64,000 nucleotides of DNA. Origin: Eledone cirrhosa (taxonomy: Eukaryota). The DNA is taken from the NCBI GenBank assembly GCA_964016885.1, contig OZ024741.1, forward strand, positions 122,512,001 through 122,576,000, in the 5' to 3' direction. Made by a program: the position numbers and the translations under genes. Positions within the stretch are counted from its first letter, which is position 1, and the number at the start of each line of letters is the position of its first letter. Shown piece after piece: positions 40,415 through 55,783 of the stretch. Below the pieces are notes generated by a model. That model did not search any database. It was not told the origin of the DNA and saw nothing but the letters and a program-made list of their open reading frames with translations.

Positions 40415-40826
40415 AATATCGGTAGAGCGTCGGAGAAAAATGCTTTGCAGTATAGAGTTACAGCCCTTTGCGTTCTGAGTTCAAATCCCGCCAAGGATAG
40501 CTGTGCCTTTCATCCTTATGGGGACGATAAAATAAAAGTGCTAGCTACTAACTGAAGTCAATTTAATCGACTTTCCCTGTCTTCAATATTGTCGGCCTTG
40601 TCCCTCAATCAGAAATCATGATTATCCTTATTAATGGGCTGTGGATTGGCAGTATCGGTAGAGGGTCAGACACCATGCCTTGAAGCATAGAGTTACGGCC
40701 CTTTATGGTCTGAGTTCAAATCCCGCCGAGGTTAACTTTGCCTTTCATCCTTACGGGGTCGATAAAATAAAGTCCCAGTAATACACTGGGATAATTGCTG
40801 GCCTTGTGCCAAATGTAGAAACAATT
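40415..40826 (+). mobile_element. Two tandem SINE family A copies
   Basis: Long form 40415-40620; short form 40636-40826 with TSD attatccttattaa. Confidence 0.85.
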
Positions 40827-41274
40827 ATTATCCTTATTAAAGTATGACCCTCTCGCCAGTCTATCCTGCTCGAAAAAAGGGGAAAAAAGAAGACAAGGGT
40901 TTGTCACAGCTAGTACGCCTTCGTGCCTTGTCTTCTTTTTGAACTGGTTTATAGAATTCTCTTGGCCTTTGTCACTCTCAGTAGAGCTTTAAAGAATTAG
41001 CTTTTAAAGACCGACCCCCAACCATCTTATAGACACCTGAAATATAGGCATTGTTAGCTTAAGAGAAACTTAAAATATGGAGTGGCACCCCATTCTGAAC
41101 TAGTTTATAGAATTCTTTCTGCCTTTGTCACTCTAAATATAAATTATAGCCTTAAAGAATTAGCTTTTAATGAATTCCCTTTTCTTTCAACCAAATTACC
41201 TCCACCCATCCCACTCCCCACCCTCTCCTACCACCTGAAAAATATAAATACCACAACATTTATTTTGGAAAGCC

Positions 41275-41325
41275 AGATTCCTGATGATTTCTAAAGAATG
41301 AAACAGTTCTAGTCCTGTAGAATCT
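41275..41325 (+). ncRNA. Type I HHR (family D)
   Basis: agattc CTGATGA tttctaaagaat GAAA cag-ttctagtc-ctg TA gaatct. Confidence 0.8.
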
Positions 41326-41545
41326 CATCTATATTAAAACTTTTATACTCTGCTATGTATTGAGTACCTTACTTACTGTGGTTACCTCCGATTCAATCCG
41401 GAATAACTTACATATATATACAAATATATTACACAGAGAGAAGTGTGTTACACAGTGAGATGTGTGTAAAGAATTATTACAAGTGAGTTTAACCATTATT
41501 ATCATTACTGTGAACTGCGGAATACTCATAATTCCGATCCTTGTA

Positions 41546-41628
<83 letters not shown>

Positions 41629-41834
41629 AAAAAGTATGACCCCGACGGCAGAGCTCAAGCCGTTTCGACGGCTATTTCTGGACTCATATATATATATATA
41701 TAGTTGAACAAATGAACAGAGAACAAAAAAATAGAGAGGCTGTACAAATGATATGGTTTTTTTTCACGCTCACTCGAGAATATATATATATATATATTGG
41801 AGGCTGGACTGGTGTAATTCCTTAAAGGTTTATT

Positions 41835-41892
41835 ATACTATGAACATTTCAATGACCGGGTTCAGTATGAATCCGGTGACATCATCAGGTAT
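41835..41892 (-). ncRNA. Type I HHR
   Basis: rc: atac CTGATGA tgtcaccggattca-tac-tgaacccggtcatt GAAA tgttca TA gtat, followed by AATAAA. Confidence 0.8.
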
Positions 41893-42288
41893 TCGAAATT
41901 TAACGAAGGAATATAATCCATGGGGCTGAAAAGGCAGAGACAAGAAGGCGGCCACACATTGAGCAGTTTCTAGTTCGGCCGGCCGCCTTCTATATATATA
42001 TATATAAATAGTTGAACAAATGAACAGAGAACAACATTCAGAGAGGCTGTACACATTATATGGTTTTTTTTCACGCTCGCTCGAGAATATATATATATAT
42101 ATAAATAAATAAAACCGTCTTTCTTGTTTATTATAATAAAACTTCGGATGAATAAAAACTGTGGAGTGCTTCACACCTGTTAATAAAAAGTCGGCAGATT
42201 TTTAATCAACCAACTTTCTGCGTTATGGTCCATCTGGTTTCTTACCACACATCCTTCGTTATATATATATATATATAATATATATGTA

Positions 42289-42356
<68 letters not shown>

Positions 42357-42367
<11 letters not shown>

Positions 42368-42510
42368 GGCTTCTACAGGACTAGAACTGTTTCATTCTTC
42401 CGAATGAAACAGTTCTAGTATTGTAGAAGCCATTTCTATATTAAATATTTATACTCTGCTATGTATTGAGTACCTTACTTACTGTGGTTACCACCGATTG
42501 AACCAGGGAT
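42357..42510. repeat. Family D palindrome centred on HHR stem II
   Basis: tagaaatggcttctacaggactagaactgtttcattc-ttcc-gaatgaaacagttctagtattgtagaagccatttcta. Confidence 0.85.
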
Positions 42511-42512
42511 GA

Positions 42513-42576
<64 letters not shown>

Positions 42577-43329
42577 CAGTGAAAGGGTTTGTATTATCGA
42601 CGTTAGTGTAAAAAATTGACGTTCTGTTTCTAGGAAGCATTTTGGTGGTGGAATGGAGACACTACGTAGTAATCCAGGATGCTAGAAATGGCAGCCAAAT
42701 ATTCCAAATCAATTAATTTCGCATAAGAACACTAAGTACTAGGAAAGATTTATGATTGAATGAATCGCTCAGTGATACTGACATATTTATTTATTTATTT
42801 ATTCATTTAATGCGGTAAATAAGGTCATGATTTCGATATCCAGCGGAGCGTGGTGTCTTTCAGCATGATACTCAGCTTGCAAAAATGAGATGTAGTTCAA
42901 ATTCAAAGGGCTAGCCTTCTCACATACCGTTTTAGTGAGAACAGCGTTAAGTGTGCACGTCTCAGAAGCACGGCCACTTTCACTAGAGTAAAAGATAGAT
43001 CGCTAACTATTGTGCATCTGCCATAAATGAAGTTTATCTCCTTTGTCAGCCTGCTTATAATCCCACTACACTTATAACAAAATAAGTCAACAGCCAAGAC
43101 CAGACGACACATCAATTCTTTCATGGTGTAGGAGAGTGTAGCAACTTCTAGAGAATCAAACTTTCAAGTTGTTGTCTTCCTGTTTCTTCTACAACAACTA
43201 CAACGGTACGCGATGGGGTCCACCCACAGCCCCGGCGAACCTTCCTCATTCACTCTCATCCGGGAACAGTTTGTATGGCACCAGTTTGTGATTTGAACTC
43301 GGGAATTTTATATTCTCCGAGCGAGAAGA

Positions 43330-43413
43330 ACTTTCTGACGAGGGTCCCCTTCTCAATGGAAGTCCGCCTGGATTATCCATTTATTTTGGGATTTGAAACC
43401 GCGCGGTAAAGGT
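43330..43413 (+). ncRNA. Type I HHR
   Basis: acttt CTGACGA gggtccc..gggattt GAAA ccgcgcgg TA aaggt. Confidence 0.8.
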
Positions 43414-43789
43414 ACATATAGTAAGTACAGCGAACTTTTTAAAATTTATTTTAAAACGTTTTCTCTATTTGCTAAACCTTGATTTTATATATATATATAT
43501 GGGAATCTTGAAGACATTTTTTTACCGAGGTTCTTTCGTGTGTTTTCAATTAATTCACTCTCCGACATGCTTACAATTGCCTTTTTTCTGAAAACAGAAT
43601 GAGGGGGGGGGGGGGGGGGGGCGGTTCTCTCGTATTTTCCCAGCTTCGGAGATTACTTCAGTGCGAATATCAAAAGTGAGACGGGAGCGAGACACTTGGA
43701 GTTACAGGACTTTAAATTTATAGAAAAGTAATTCCTTGGTACTGAAGGATGATTTATTCCTTCATCATTTTTGTGTATATATAATTCCC

Positions 43790-44665
43790 GATTCTATATC
43801 CATTACCACCAAACTCTCTCCCTTTCTATATCTACCACGACACAGGCTCTTTCACCCCCCCCCCCTCTCTATGCCAATAACCAACAGACTTTCTCGCTCT
43901 CTATATCACTCAACACTAAACTGTTCCCATCTCTATACCTATCACACAACCCTCTCACTTAATCTCCTCTCTGAATCAATCACCAGCAAATTCTCCCCGT
44001 CTCGATGTCTATTATAGAAAACTCTCTCAATACCCCTCTCTTTATCTACCATACAACACTCTCTATACATTATCTCTCATGCAAAACACTCACATTATCC
44101 CCCTCTATATATCCATTACCACCAACCCTCTCTATATTTACCACACGGCACACTCTAATTATCCCTCTCTTGATATCAATTAACACCAATCTCTCCCCTT
44201 CTCTATGTCTATCACACAAAACTCTCTTATAATCCCTCTCTCTCTATCTAATACCATCAAACTTTCCCCTCTCTCTATCCATTCCTACTTATCTCTCCCA
44301 ATCACCCTAACGTTATATATCACTAGTAAACTCTTCCCCTCTCTACATCTATATACACTTATCTCTTCCAATCCCCCTCTCTATATCAATCACCACCAAA
44401 CTCGCCTCCTCTCTATATCTACTACATGACACTCACTCCCAATCCCCCTCCCTATATTAATTACCGCTACACTCTCCAACTCTATATCTACCATACAAAA
44501 CACTCTCTGAATCCCCCTATCTATATACATTACCTATAAACTTTCCTCCTCTCTATGTCTACCATACAACACTCACTTTCAATACCCCTCTCTATATCAA
44601 TTAACACTAAACTCTCCCCCTCTTTACATCTATCACGACACTGTATCTCTCAATCAACTACTCTC
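43790..44665. repeat. Degenerate C/T-rich minisatellite, ~65-70 bp unit
   Basis: Recurring ctctatatcaattaacaccaaactctcccc..tctatctaccacacaacactctc..aatcccc. Confidence 0.75.
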
Positions 44666-44747
44666 AGGTCTTGAATAATTCTCCCCCCCCCCCTCTCCCG
44701 CTTATTACATCTTATTATAAGTGGTTCATATTATAAGTTATTCATAG

Positions 44748-44933
44748 GGCGGTGGATTGGCAGTATCGGTAGAGGGTCGGACGCCATGCTTTGCAATATG
44801 GAGTTATATCCCTTTACGGTCTGAGTTCAAATCCTGCCGAGGTTAACTTTGCCTTTCATCCTTACGGGGTCGATAAAATAAAGTACCCGTAATGCACTCG
44901 TTAATTGCTGGCCTTGTGCCTAAAGTAGAAACA
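44748..44933 (+). mobile_element. SINE family A with TSD
   Basis: TSD attataagt(t/g)attcat. Confidence 0.9.
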
Positions 44934-45354
44934 ATTATAAGTGATTCATGTCGATACAGCAATTGGAGAATCTAATGATACTTTTATTTTACATAAAAAA
45001 AACATTATATATGACAAAAAAAGAACATAACAAGAAATCACATACTTACGAACCTACACTATACAATAACCACTTCCCCCCACCTATATGTACTTAAGCA
45101 AATGTCCACGCCACCCGCACTTAATCTATCCTCTCCTATTATTTGAGACCCGAGTGTATATATATATATATATATATACGCATACAGGGACGGTGGAAGC
45201 ATTTCTGATTTTCTGGGGCCAAATTTGGTCAATTTAATTGTGATTAGTTTAGCTATAAAAATTTGTCGAATGACTTTCGTCAAATCGGACCGAGGAAACA
45301 ATGTTTCCGTTGGTCTTTCCAATTGATAATGCTATCTATCGGTTGCAACTCCAG

Positions 45355-45480
45355 GTAGAAGGAGCAATGTGAAATAAAGTGTCTTGCTCAAGGACATAAC
45401 ACATCGCCCGGTCCAGGAATCGAACTGACAATCTCTCGAGTGCGAATCCAGTTCCCTAACCTATCAACTACACGCCTTCA
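45355..45480 (-). mobile_element. CORE-type SINE family B fragment
   Basis: ggagcaatgtgaaataaagtgtcttgctcaaggacataac..ccaggaatcgaac. Confidence 0.75.
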
Positions 45481-45542
45481 GTTTAGCTTTTTGCACTCTA
45501 AGATAGTTAGAAAATGCAATTTGTGTCTAAGCAAGTCATATT

Positions 45543-45722
45543 GATTGGCAGTATCGGTAGAGGGTCGGACGCCATGCTTTGACGCATAGAGTTACGGCCC
45601 TTGCCATTCTGAGTTCAAATACCGCCGAGGTTAACTTTGCCTTTCATCCTTACGTGGTCGATAAAATAAAGTACCAGTAATGCACTGGTTAATTACTGGC
45701 CTTGTGCCAAAAGTAGGAACAA
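45543..45722 (+). mobile_element. SINE family A
   Basis: Match to 1051 copy. Confidence 0.9.
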
Positions 45723-46179
45723 TTATATTTACAGCTTTCAATAATGAAGTGATTATAGCAAAATGACCTATGATATTTGTCTCTGAATACACATACTAGC
45801 AATTGGTAAAGAGTGATATGTGGAGAAAAAGTTATGAAATGGCAAACAAATTTACATAATATATTATCAAATATAAGATATAATAAAGATATATAATATA
45901 AGATATAATACACTTCGATATACGATAAACATAACATAGACATAAATTGTAGCACATATACAAATAGATGTGTTTTGGTAGTTTTGTGAGAAAAATATAG
46001 TTATTGGGAGCGCTGGGAGGGGCGGGGGGGCAGGTCCTCCTTCCCTCAGTTTCATCAACACTGATTTATATATCTATACACACACACATGTATTATTTGC
46101 GCGCAGAGAGGCTTGAGCCAGTTAATGCAATTAATTACCTTAATTTTACAATAATCTAACAAATAGTTTAGCAAATAAT

Positions 46180-46351
46180 TGTTTCTATTTTTGGCACAAG
46201 GCCAGCAATCATTCCAGTGCATTATTGCTACTTTATTTTATCGACCCCGTAAGAATGAAAGGCAAATTTAACCTCGGCGGGAATTGAAGGGTCGTAACTC
46301 CATGCTGCACGGCATGGCGTCCGACCCTTTACCGATACTGCCAATCCACCC
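46180..46351 (-). mobile_element. SINE family A with TSD
   Basis: TSD tagttt(a/g)gcaaataat on both sides. Confidence 0.85.
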
Positions 46352-46399
46352 ACCTAGTTTGGCAAATAATGAATGTAGAGAAGCCAAGATTTTGAATCC

Positions 46400-49300
46400 T
46401 CCAAACATATCGACATTTCAATGTATTCACAACCTAAGTAGGGACCTACACATCCCTTGGCGCCTGTATGTAACCAGATAGAGGAACGCAAAAAATTACC
46501 AACACACAAAACATGGAGTACCTTTTTCGACCAAGGAGGAATCCCCCCCACAACGGACTAATGGAGGAGTTTGAAAACATGATGATTAACATCATATCCA
46601 ACCTCAAATTCTTCGGAAACCCAACCAGAAGTCAGGAGTACCTCAGACACCTGAGAAACCGGATTACAGTACTTAAAGAGACAACTGGAATACTTGTCCA
46701 TGCTGACAAAACCAACAACCTCTACAACATGAACACTGAACTGTATAATAAGATAATTCTCAGGGAACTGAGGAAGTGCTACAAAAAAACACCTGGATTT
46801 AACCTGGATGAGATCAATGCCACAGCTTACAGGATTATATCTGGACTCGGCATAGAGGACAGGAGGGCCCCATACAAACAAAGGAAGCCGCGGATTACTC
46901 TTAAAGATCACAAGCCAAACTTTGAGTCCGACCTCCCTGTCAGACTAATAGCCCCCTCCAGATCTGACCTAGGGATCGTCAGTAAAAGAATACTAGATTT
47001 TGCCCAAGCTTCGGAAAAAAACTAGATTACAGCAATGGTTATGCACGGGAGAGGTAATAGACTGGTTTAAGATACTACATGAGAAAAGTAAGATCAGCTT
47101 TATACTACTGGATATCGCAGGCTACTACTCCTCAATCTCACCCATAGTACTCAATAAGACCCTATTTTTAGCGATGTCCAATACGAACCTAACCCGAGAG
47201 GAGGTGAGCCTCATCCACGGGGGTGGGCGAACCCTAACAATACAGGCAGAACAGAAACAAATAGGCACCATGAGCCCGACACCACCACACGGGTGTTGGT
47301 GACGAGTACGCTTAACCAAGAGATGAAACCCAAAATGAGTAGCAGTCTCGGGCAACGACCACCCCACAGATTCGGGCCGTGAAGATAGCAAAACACATAG
47401 CGCCCAAAGGGGAAGCAACAATGCGGGAACCACCAGCAACCCAACACATCTCTAACAACTCACGACGCCCCGACCCACACATATAGGAGGAGACACAGAA
47501 AAATCACGTGGTACAACCCACCCTACTCAGCGGCCCTAAAGAACAGCTTGGCCCGACATTCTTTGGAACACTTGATAAATGCTTCCCGAGGGACCATAGA
47601 TACCACAAGATCTTCAACAGACACACTGTGAAGCTCTCGTATTCCACCACGAGAAATCTGGCCCAACACATAGCTAGCATCAACAGGAGTAGGCTTAAAA
47701 ACCACATACAACCAGAAGATGGCAATACAAGCACTCAGCAGAACCATGTGAAAGGAGGGAAGGGTGACCCAGTTCCCAACCAATAAACCCAAACAGACCC
47801 GGGGACCCCCCACCGTGCATGGGGGAAGACCACCATGTAACACCTAACGGGAACCCCAATCTAGGCACGCAGAGGTCGACCACCCCCTGCAACTGCAGAA
47901 ACCCCGAATCATGCCCCCTTGGTAATGAATGCTTTAAGAAGAACCTAGTATACGGTTGTAGGGTTAAAACCCCCAACTCCGAACACCTCTACATAGGAGC
48001 CACATCAACGAGCTTTAGATACCGCTGGTATAACCATCGCCATTCCTTCAATAAGGAGGCCAAAAGGAAAAGTACGGCTCTCTCCGACCTGATCTGGAGG
48101 CTTAAGCTGGACAAGACCCCGCACTCTCTGGCCTGGTCCATAATCAGGAAAGTACCACCCGATAAAGGGGGATCTTGCATATGCAAATAATGTCTGTACG
48201 AGACCCTCGAGATACTAAGAGGTTGAAGCGGCCTGATAAACCTCAGAACCGACTTCTTCGGGACATGCAGACACCTCAGGGTCGGGACCTTCCTCAAGAT
48301 ATATGGACAGTAGCAACACAATAAGATGTGAACTCCCCTCAAGCTATAGGGACTTCTCCAGAACATGTAGACACCTCTCGGCCAGACCTCCCTCAAGCTA
48401 TATGGGCAGTAACAACACCATAGGTTGGGAACTCCCCTCAAGCCATAGGGACCAACCCAGACTGAGCAGACACCATGATAGCCTAGAGATTGATTCTGAC
48501 ACAGCCTTTATAATTTGGCCAACATCTTTATAACACACACACATTTTAATTTTCTTGATTTTTGATTTTTGATTTTTGATTTTTCATTTCTCATTATTCA
48601 TTTGTTATTTGTTTTCTGTTTTCCTCACTTTATCACCTTATATTTATATTTAAATTGAGATTGGTTATAACACGCACACATTTTATTTGATTATCCTATT
48701 TCGTTTGATTCTTTTACCATCTTGTTCCTCCTACCACTCCATCCAACATATTTCTGACCTTGAGATTGGTTATAGCACACACACATTTTATCTTATTTTA
48801 TTTGAATCTTCATTTTTATTTTTCATTTTCCATATTCATTTTTCATTACTTTTTCACTACCTTTTCATTAATTTTTCATTTATTCTCTATTTATTATTTA
48901 TTTTCTGTTTTTATTGCCTTCTATTTCTTCATATACATGGCAGATGTACCTAACAATAATAAGAACAACAACTACAGATTGGCTTGCCTCAGAACGAATT
49001 TCTATAGACTTTTGACTGAGGAATGTTCTAACAACTGACCAATGAGAGGAGAAGAGGCCCTTTGACGCTGAAATTCGTTTGTTTAAATTCATATGATTCC
49101 AGTTCCTCAGTGATATAACAACCCAACCAGGAACTGGGCATATCAGAGTATTGACAAAGTTAAACACTTTAACAACATGTGTACTCGTCTCTACCACACT
49201 AATTCGGACTGCCTGAAGAGGTCACGGCCAATGATGGCTGTCACCGATATATATATATATAGCAGTAATAAACGAAGCCAAATATTAAACATTGGACTTA

Positions 49301-49410
49301 TTTATTTTATTTTATCTTACATTACTCCGGAGTAACCAAACCAACCTGCGCACCTCGTAGAGTGCTCCAATCTGCATACTAAGGTGTTGGTATACAACCA
49401 ACATATACTC
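46400..49410 (+). mobile_element. Decayed Penelope-like element (RT fragments + GIY-YIG) with 3' pseudo-LTR
   Basis: HADKTNNLY, TLKDHK..VRLI, LLDIAGYY, TWYNPP, IFNRHTVKLSYS, CNCRNPESCPLGNEC, LVY..LYIGAT..RWYNH; frameshifts; catalytic YxDD region not seen; family C pLTR at 49085-49410 with HHR remnant 49208-49266 (GAAA to GATA). Confidence 0.88.
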
Positions 49411-50076
49411 AAAATTTATATATATATGAATGAAAAAATGGCGTGCTTCGTAGTTGCGAGTGTGATACATATGAATGAAAAATAGAGCGAGAAACGGGAC
49501 TGTCCATCATCAGTGATCTTCTGACTATCATCGATATTTCTTCGCATTTATATATATATATACATATATATATATATACACAGTGTACGCCCGGCAATAT
49601 ATATAATTTTTAACGGTAACTTATTAGTAACAATATACCGTCTTTGCCGGCCTTTTGGAGGCGCCTTTGCATTTGACGGTCCCTCATCTTTTTAAATTTT
49701 ATTTTACGTTATATCTTGACGTCTATAGGCATGATTATGGACCAGGTCCAATATTCGCGGTTTTTCTCTGTTCACGGGTGCTCTCTCTTTCTCTCTCTCT
49801 ATATATATACATACAATAGTTATATATACAGTTATTCTTTTAATATCCAATTGAGTTCTTAAACACGTGGTTAATACCTAACAGGTTTAAATGACCACCG
49901 TGTATATTGTTTTATGTTTTAAGATGACCTCCCCTTACCCTCTTGGGGACAGCGTGTATTTTATCTTTGGGAGGACTGCTGCATTTTCGAATCTACCAGT
50001 CTCTTCTTAGCGCTGAAGGAGACCATCACTAATCTATTAATGTCGATATAATTCTTATATCGATATTATTTGGGCA

Positions 50077-50200
50077 TCCACTGATGAGTTTATAGGAGCC
50101 CGCTTGTGTATACAACTATGGATTATATACAAGTTTCTACATAACCTGGAAATTATTTATCCCAAATTGTAGAAATCTTATAATGAAACGGCCGTCTGGA
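50077..50200 (+). ncRNA. Type I HHR with multibranched stem II
   Basis: tcca CTGATGA gtttatagga..[cttgtgtata/tatatacaag][tttctaca/tgtagaaa]..tcttataat GAAA cggccg TC tgga. Confidence 0.8.
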
Positions 50201-50383
50201 AGGAAAGAGATATTTATTTAATAATGTCTCATATAAAATAATATAACCAATTATCCATGAAATACTGATTAGTTAGCACCCCAAACACTAAATTGGGAAA
50301 ATACTTAGTATATCCTAATGTTTGTTGAGTGAGATGGAGTTGGTCAGAGTATCGCTTAAGGCTTTCTCTGTTAATGTATTGTA

Positions 50384-50486
<103 letters not shown>

Positions 50487-50652
50487 ATCTGCGTGAGTGA
50501 GGTTATTTTGTTGATATTACGGCACCTGTGTAGCTTTAACCGGGCTCGGATTAGTTTGCACCCGATAGGAGATATCTTGAGTATTTTAATGATGGGCATC
50601 CCCATGTGTATCTGTTCGTGTGCGTGTGCGTACAGACACACGAACACACGCA

Positions 50653-50714
<62 letters not shown>

Positions 50715-51609
50715 GAATCAGATATCACCCACAACACTATTATCACGTAGAAATGAATATATTTAAATATATCTATCTTTTACATGATTAATTTTATTCT
50801 CGTTCAGCTGAAGGTTACCTACATATCTTCACTTGCATATGCAAAATATAAATAGAAAGTATGAAACATAATATCAGCAAAGCAAGAACCGGTGAGGGAA
50901 AGTATAATCGGAAAGGTAAATGGTGGTATAATATGTAATGAGCAGAAAAATAAAATAGAAATGTTAAATTTCAAAAATAAAAACAATTTCATGAGGACAA
51001 TGTGAATTGCAGCCTAAAATAACATTCAGTCTGAGGAAAAAAACTTATTTGATTCGAGTGCTCTATAAAGTATACACACATAAGCCTAATACGGTATGTT
51101 TATAAATAAACATTTAGAAAGCCGTAGCTATGCAAAAAGACCGAAGGTTATCGCCCCCTGGTGGTGTCCAGCAAAAGCAAGGGGACAATTATCAATGTAT
51201 TTCGGACTTAACTGGTCCTCATCAGGACGATCCCTCCCACACTTGCGACTGCTGGACTCTGAAAACAGTCGAGAATATATAGTTTCCTCGTCTGTGTAAA
51301 TGAGGTGATTAATCTCATTTGCATATGAAGTTGCATAATATGGCTCAACTTATAATAGAATGGAATTAGGATTTAGCTTCAGGCATAGCTGTATAGAGAT
51401 ATGTATTGGAATTTCGCATTTCTAAAGAAATACGGTATGTTTATAGATAACATTCTATTATAAGTTGAGCCAACTTATACAGCGTCACATGCAAATGAGA
51501 TTATATATATATATATATATATCTTCCTGCTATATCAAGCATTAACCCAATATATACCTTCCATATACTGTACCGATTGTGTTGTTATTTCTGTTTACCT
51601 TTTACATAC

Positions 51610-51677
<68 letters not shown>

Positions 51678-51682
51678 GTGAG

Positions 51683-51714
<32 letters not shown>

Positions 51715-52470
51715 CAACCTATCTCATGGTCGGGTCGTTGGCGACTAAACTGGCAAACCCACCAAGGTTTCTTGGTGAGGAGGGTGACTTTGGACATCCT
51801 GCAGGACTAAAAATAAAACCTGTCAAAGAGCAAAGGAGCTCTTAAGAGTCAATGGCCATCCAAAATCACCGGGAGATATGACCCCTTAGCCTTTGTCAAG
51901 GCAGAATTCTAGGAGAAAGAAAACTCTGATATAATACCTGCAACCCTGATGGTATCCAATGATGTTGACTTGTTCTTCTTTTTGGTAAATATCATCTTGG
52001 TTAAGAGAGTGGGATTGGCTTTGTGCAGTGCCTTTGCTCACTATAAAAGCTTCACGGCACATGCATTGCTTTATATCTGGAGATCTCTCTGCACTTGTCG
52101 TCACATGGTACCATGGGCCCAGCACTATGTGTCAATAATTGTCACAAGTGTAGTGTTTGTACCAGAGTTTTCAAGTCGCTGGCTGGACTAAAAAGTCACA
52201 CTCGTTCAGCGCATCAGTAGGGGTTCTCCTACATGGATATAAAGTAGTGGCCGTACTCGAAAACGAGTTGGCAGCCACCATGTATATATATATATGTATG
52301 TATGGGCCCAGCACTATGTGTCAGTAATCGTCACAAGTGTAGTGTTTGTACCAGAGTTTTCAAGTCGCTGGCTGTACTAAAAAGTCACACCCGTTCAGGG
52401 CATCGGCAGGGGTTCCCATACATGGATATAAGTAATGGCCGTACTCGAAAACGAGTTGGCAGCCACTATA
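51715..52470 (+). mobile_element. Longer copy of the (TATG)n-associated RTE-derived element plus tandem 3' duplicate
   Basis: 51875-52280 matches 23892-24298; 52303-52470 repeats the 3' part, encoding CSVC-x12-H-x4-H. Confidence 0.75.
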
Positions 52471-52472
52471 TG

Positions 52473-54063
<1,591 letters not shown>

Positions 54064-54139
54064 GATATTTACTCCGTCACTCCTATGTGGAATAAGTACG
54101 TTGAGTGCTTGAATTGAATTGCATCAATATTTACCCTAA

Positions 54140-54178
<39 letters not shown>

Positions 54179-55752
54179 GGGAAGAAAAAGGAAAACTGCG
54201 TGGTTGCACATGGGTTACATATTATAAAATTAGTCCAGTGATTTGCCAACCATCATTGGTATTTCATCGCATTAAAAATCATATGCCTCAGGTTGGTGCG
54301 AGCAATAACTAAAATAAGCTATTGGGACAAGTGAATCGCGTAAAGCGAGTGAGACAAGTAAACAACGTAGAAGGAAAAACAAACCGAAGGTAGGAAAAAA
54401 GCAAGCAACATGATGGTTATCCGATTAGCATAAGCTGGGTGAATTTCATGAGCGGTGGAAAGCAGACCTTCCGACGTGAATGAGATGTGAGAAAGAAAGA
54501 ATCCCACTACTAACGAACGGGAGGAAGTGAAAAGGGGAGAAACAGAATATATATATATATTTATATACAATATATTATACAGAGAGAAGTTTTGAATTGA
54601 CCAATAGAAATGAGTTAGAGGTCAAGTTGATAGAATAACAGCAGTAGAAATTAAATCTTGGTGTGGAGGAGTGCAGATTTATGCTTTGAATGAAAAGAAT
54701 ACTATGGGGAGAAGAAACATATGGGTTAAAATGAGGTCAAGTCAAGAAGATAGTGTAGTATACACGAAAATTTGATGTTATTAAAGAATGTTGTTAAAAA
54801 CGAAGGAAAACATTTTTGGGGATAAGATTATTAGTGAGAAAACCAATCTTATTTAAACTACCAGGAATCTAGATACAAAACAGGAAATTAAATTAATTGA
54901 TAGGTATACTTATAGGGATAAAATTATATTAATTCATATGAATGTGATAAATAAGGAAGTAAAACATTAAAGCAATAAAAAAAATATATATGGAAAAACT
55001 GAGATAGATAAAACATTTTTATAAAGAGTATTGTATCTATACGGACATTGATGATATTAAAGATATTAATCATAATTAATAATCATAGGTATTAAATGTG
55101 ATAAATAGGGGATGCGATTAAATGAAGTAGTAAGGTTAAAAATAATTTTAGGAAAAGAGAGCTGTAAGAGGGAAATACAATTATGAAATTCTCTGTAGTA
55201 AAATACTAATTATAGGTTAACTAAATTAAAGAAATCAATTAGGAGGAACGAGGAAGGTGACCGGTGAGAAAGAGGGGAAGGTAGAGAAAAAAAACAACGG
55301 AGCACAATTTAGAGAATATATGTATGCAGAACTGGCAGCAGGAAGCCCTGGTTCAATCCGAAGTTTAAAGATGCTGTCTGAGCAAAGGATGAAGTTTACA
55401 AATGTTGGCTGGGAAAATATCTTGTACACGCAATAATTTGGGGTAATGGCCAAAAGAATATGATCGCGAATACTAGTGGTTGAAATGGAAATCCACCGAA
55501 GGGGAATTTGGATTAGGGTGTCATTTCAAGTAGAGCGGCTACTTCGAATCATACTCAGGTACTACAGATATAAGCATATGCGGTTATAATGTTGAGGAAA
55601 AAATTGCAGGACAAGGGACACAGATTTAGACTAGGATTAAGATGATTGCGCTCGGGTAATCACGGTTGTTGATCTAGTCGGATCATTTGTGAACGAAGAA
55701 GAAGAAGAAGAAGAAGAAGAAGAAGAAGAAGAAGAAGAAGAAGAAGAAGAAG

Positions 55753-55783
<31 letters not shown>

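Noticed and set aside
51185-51229. CTGATGA ggac..gtcc GAAA on minus strand
   Set aside because: Good stem II but no convincing helix III, UH and stem I closure
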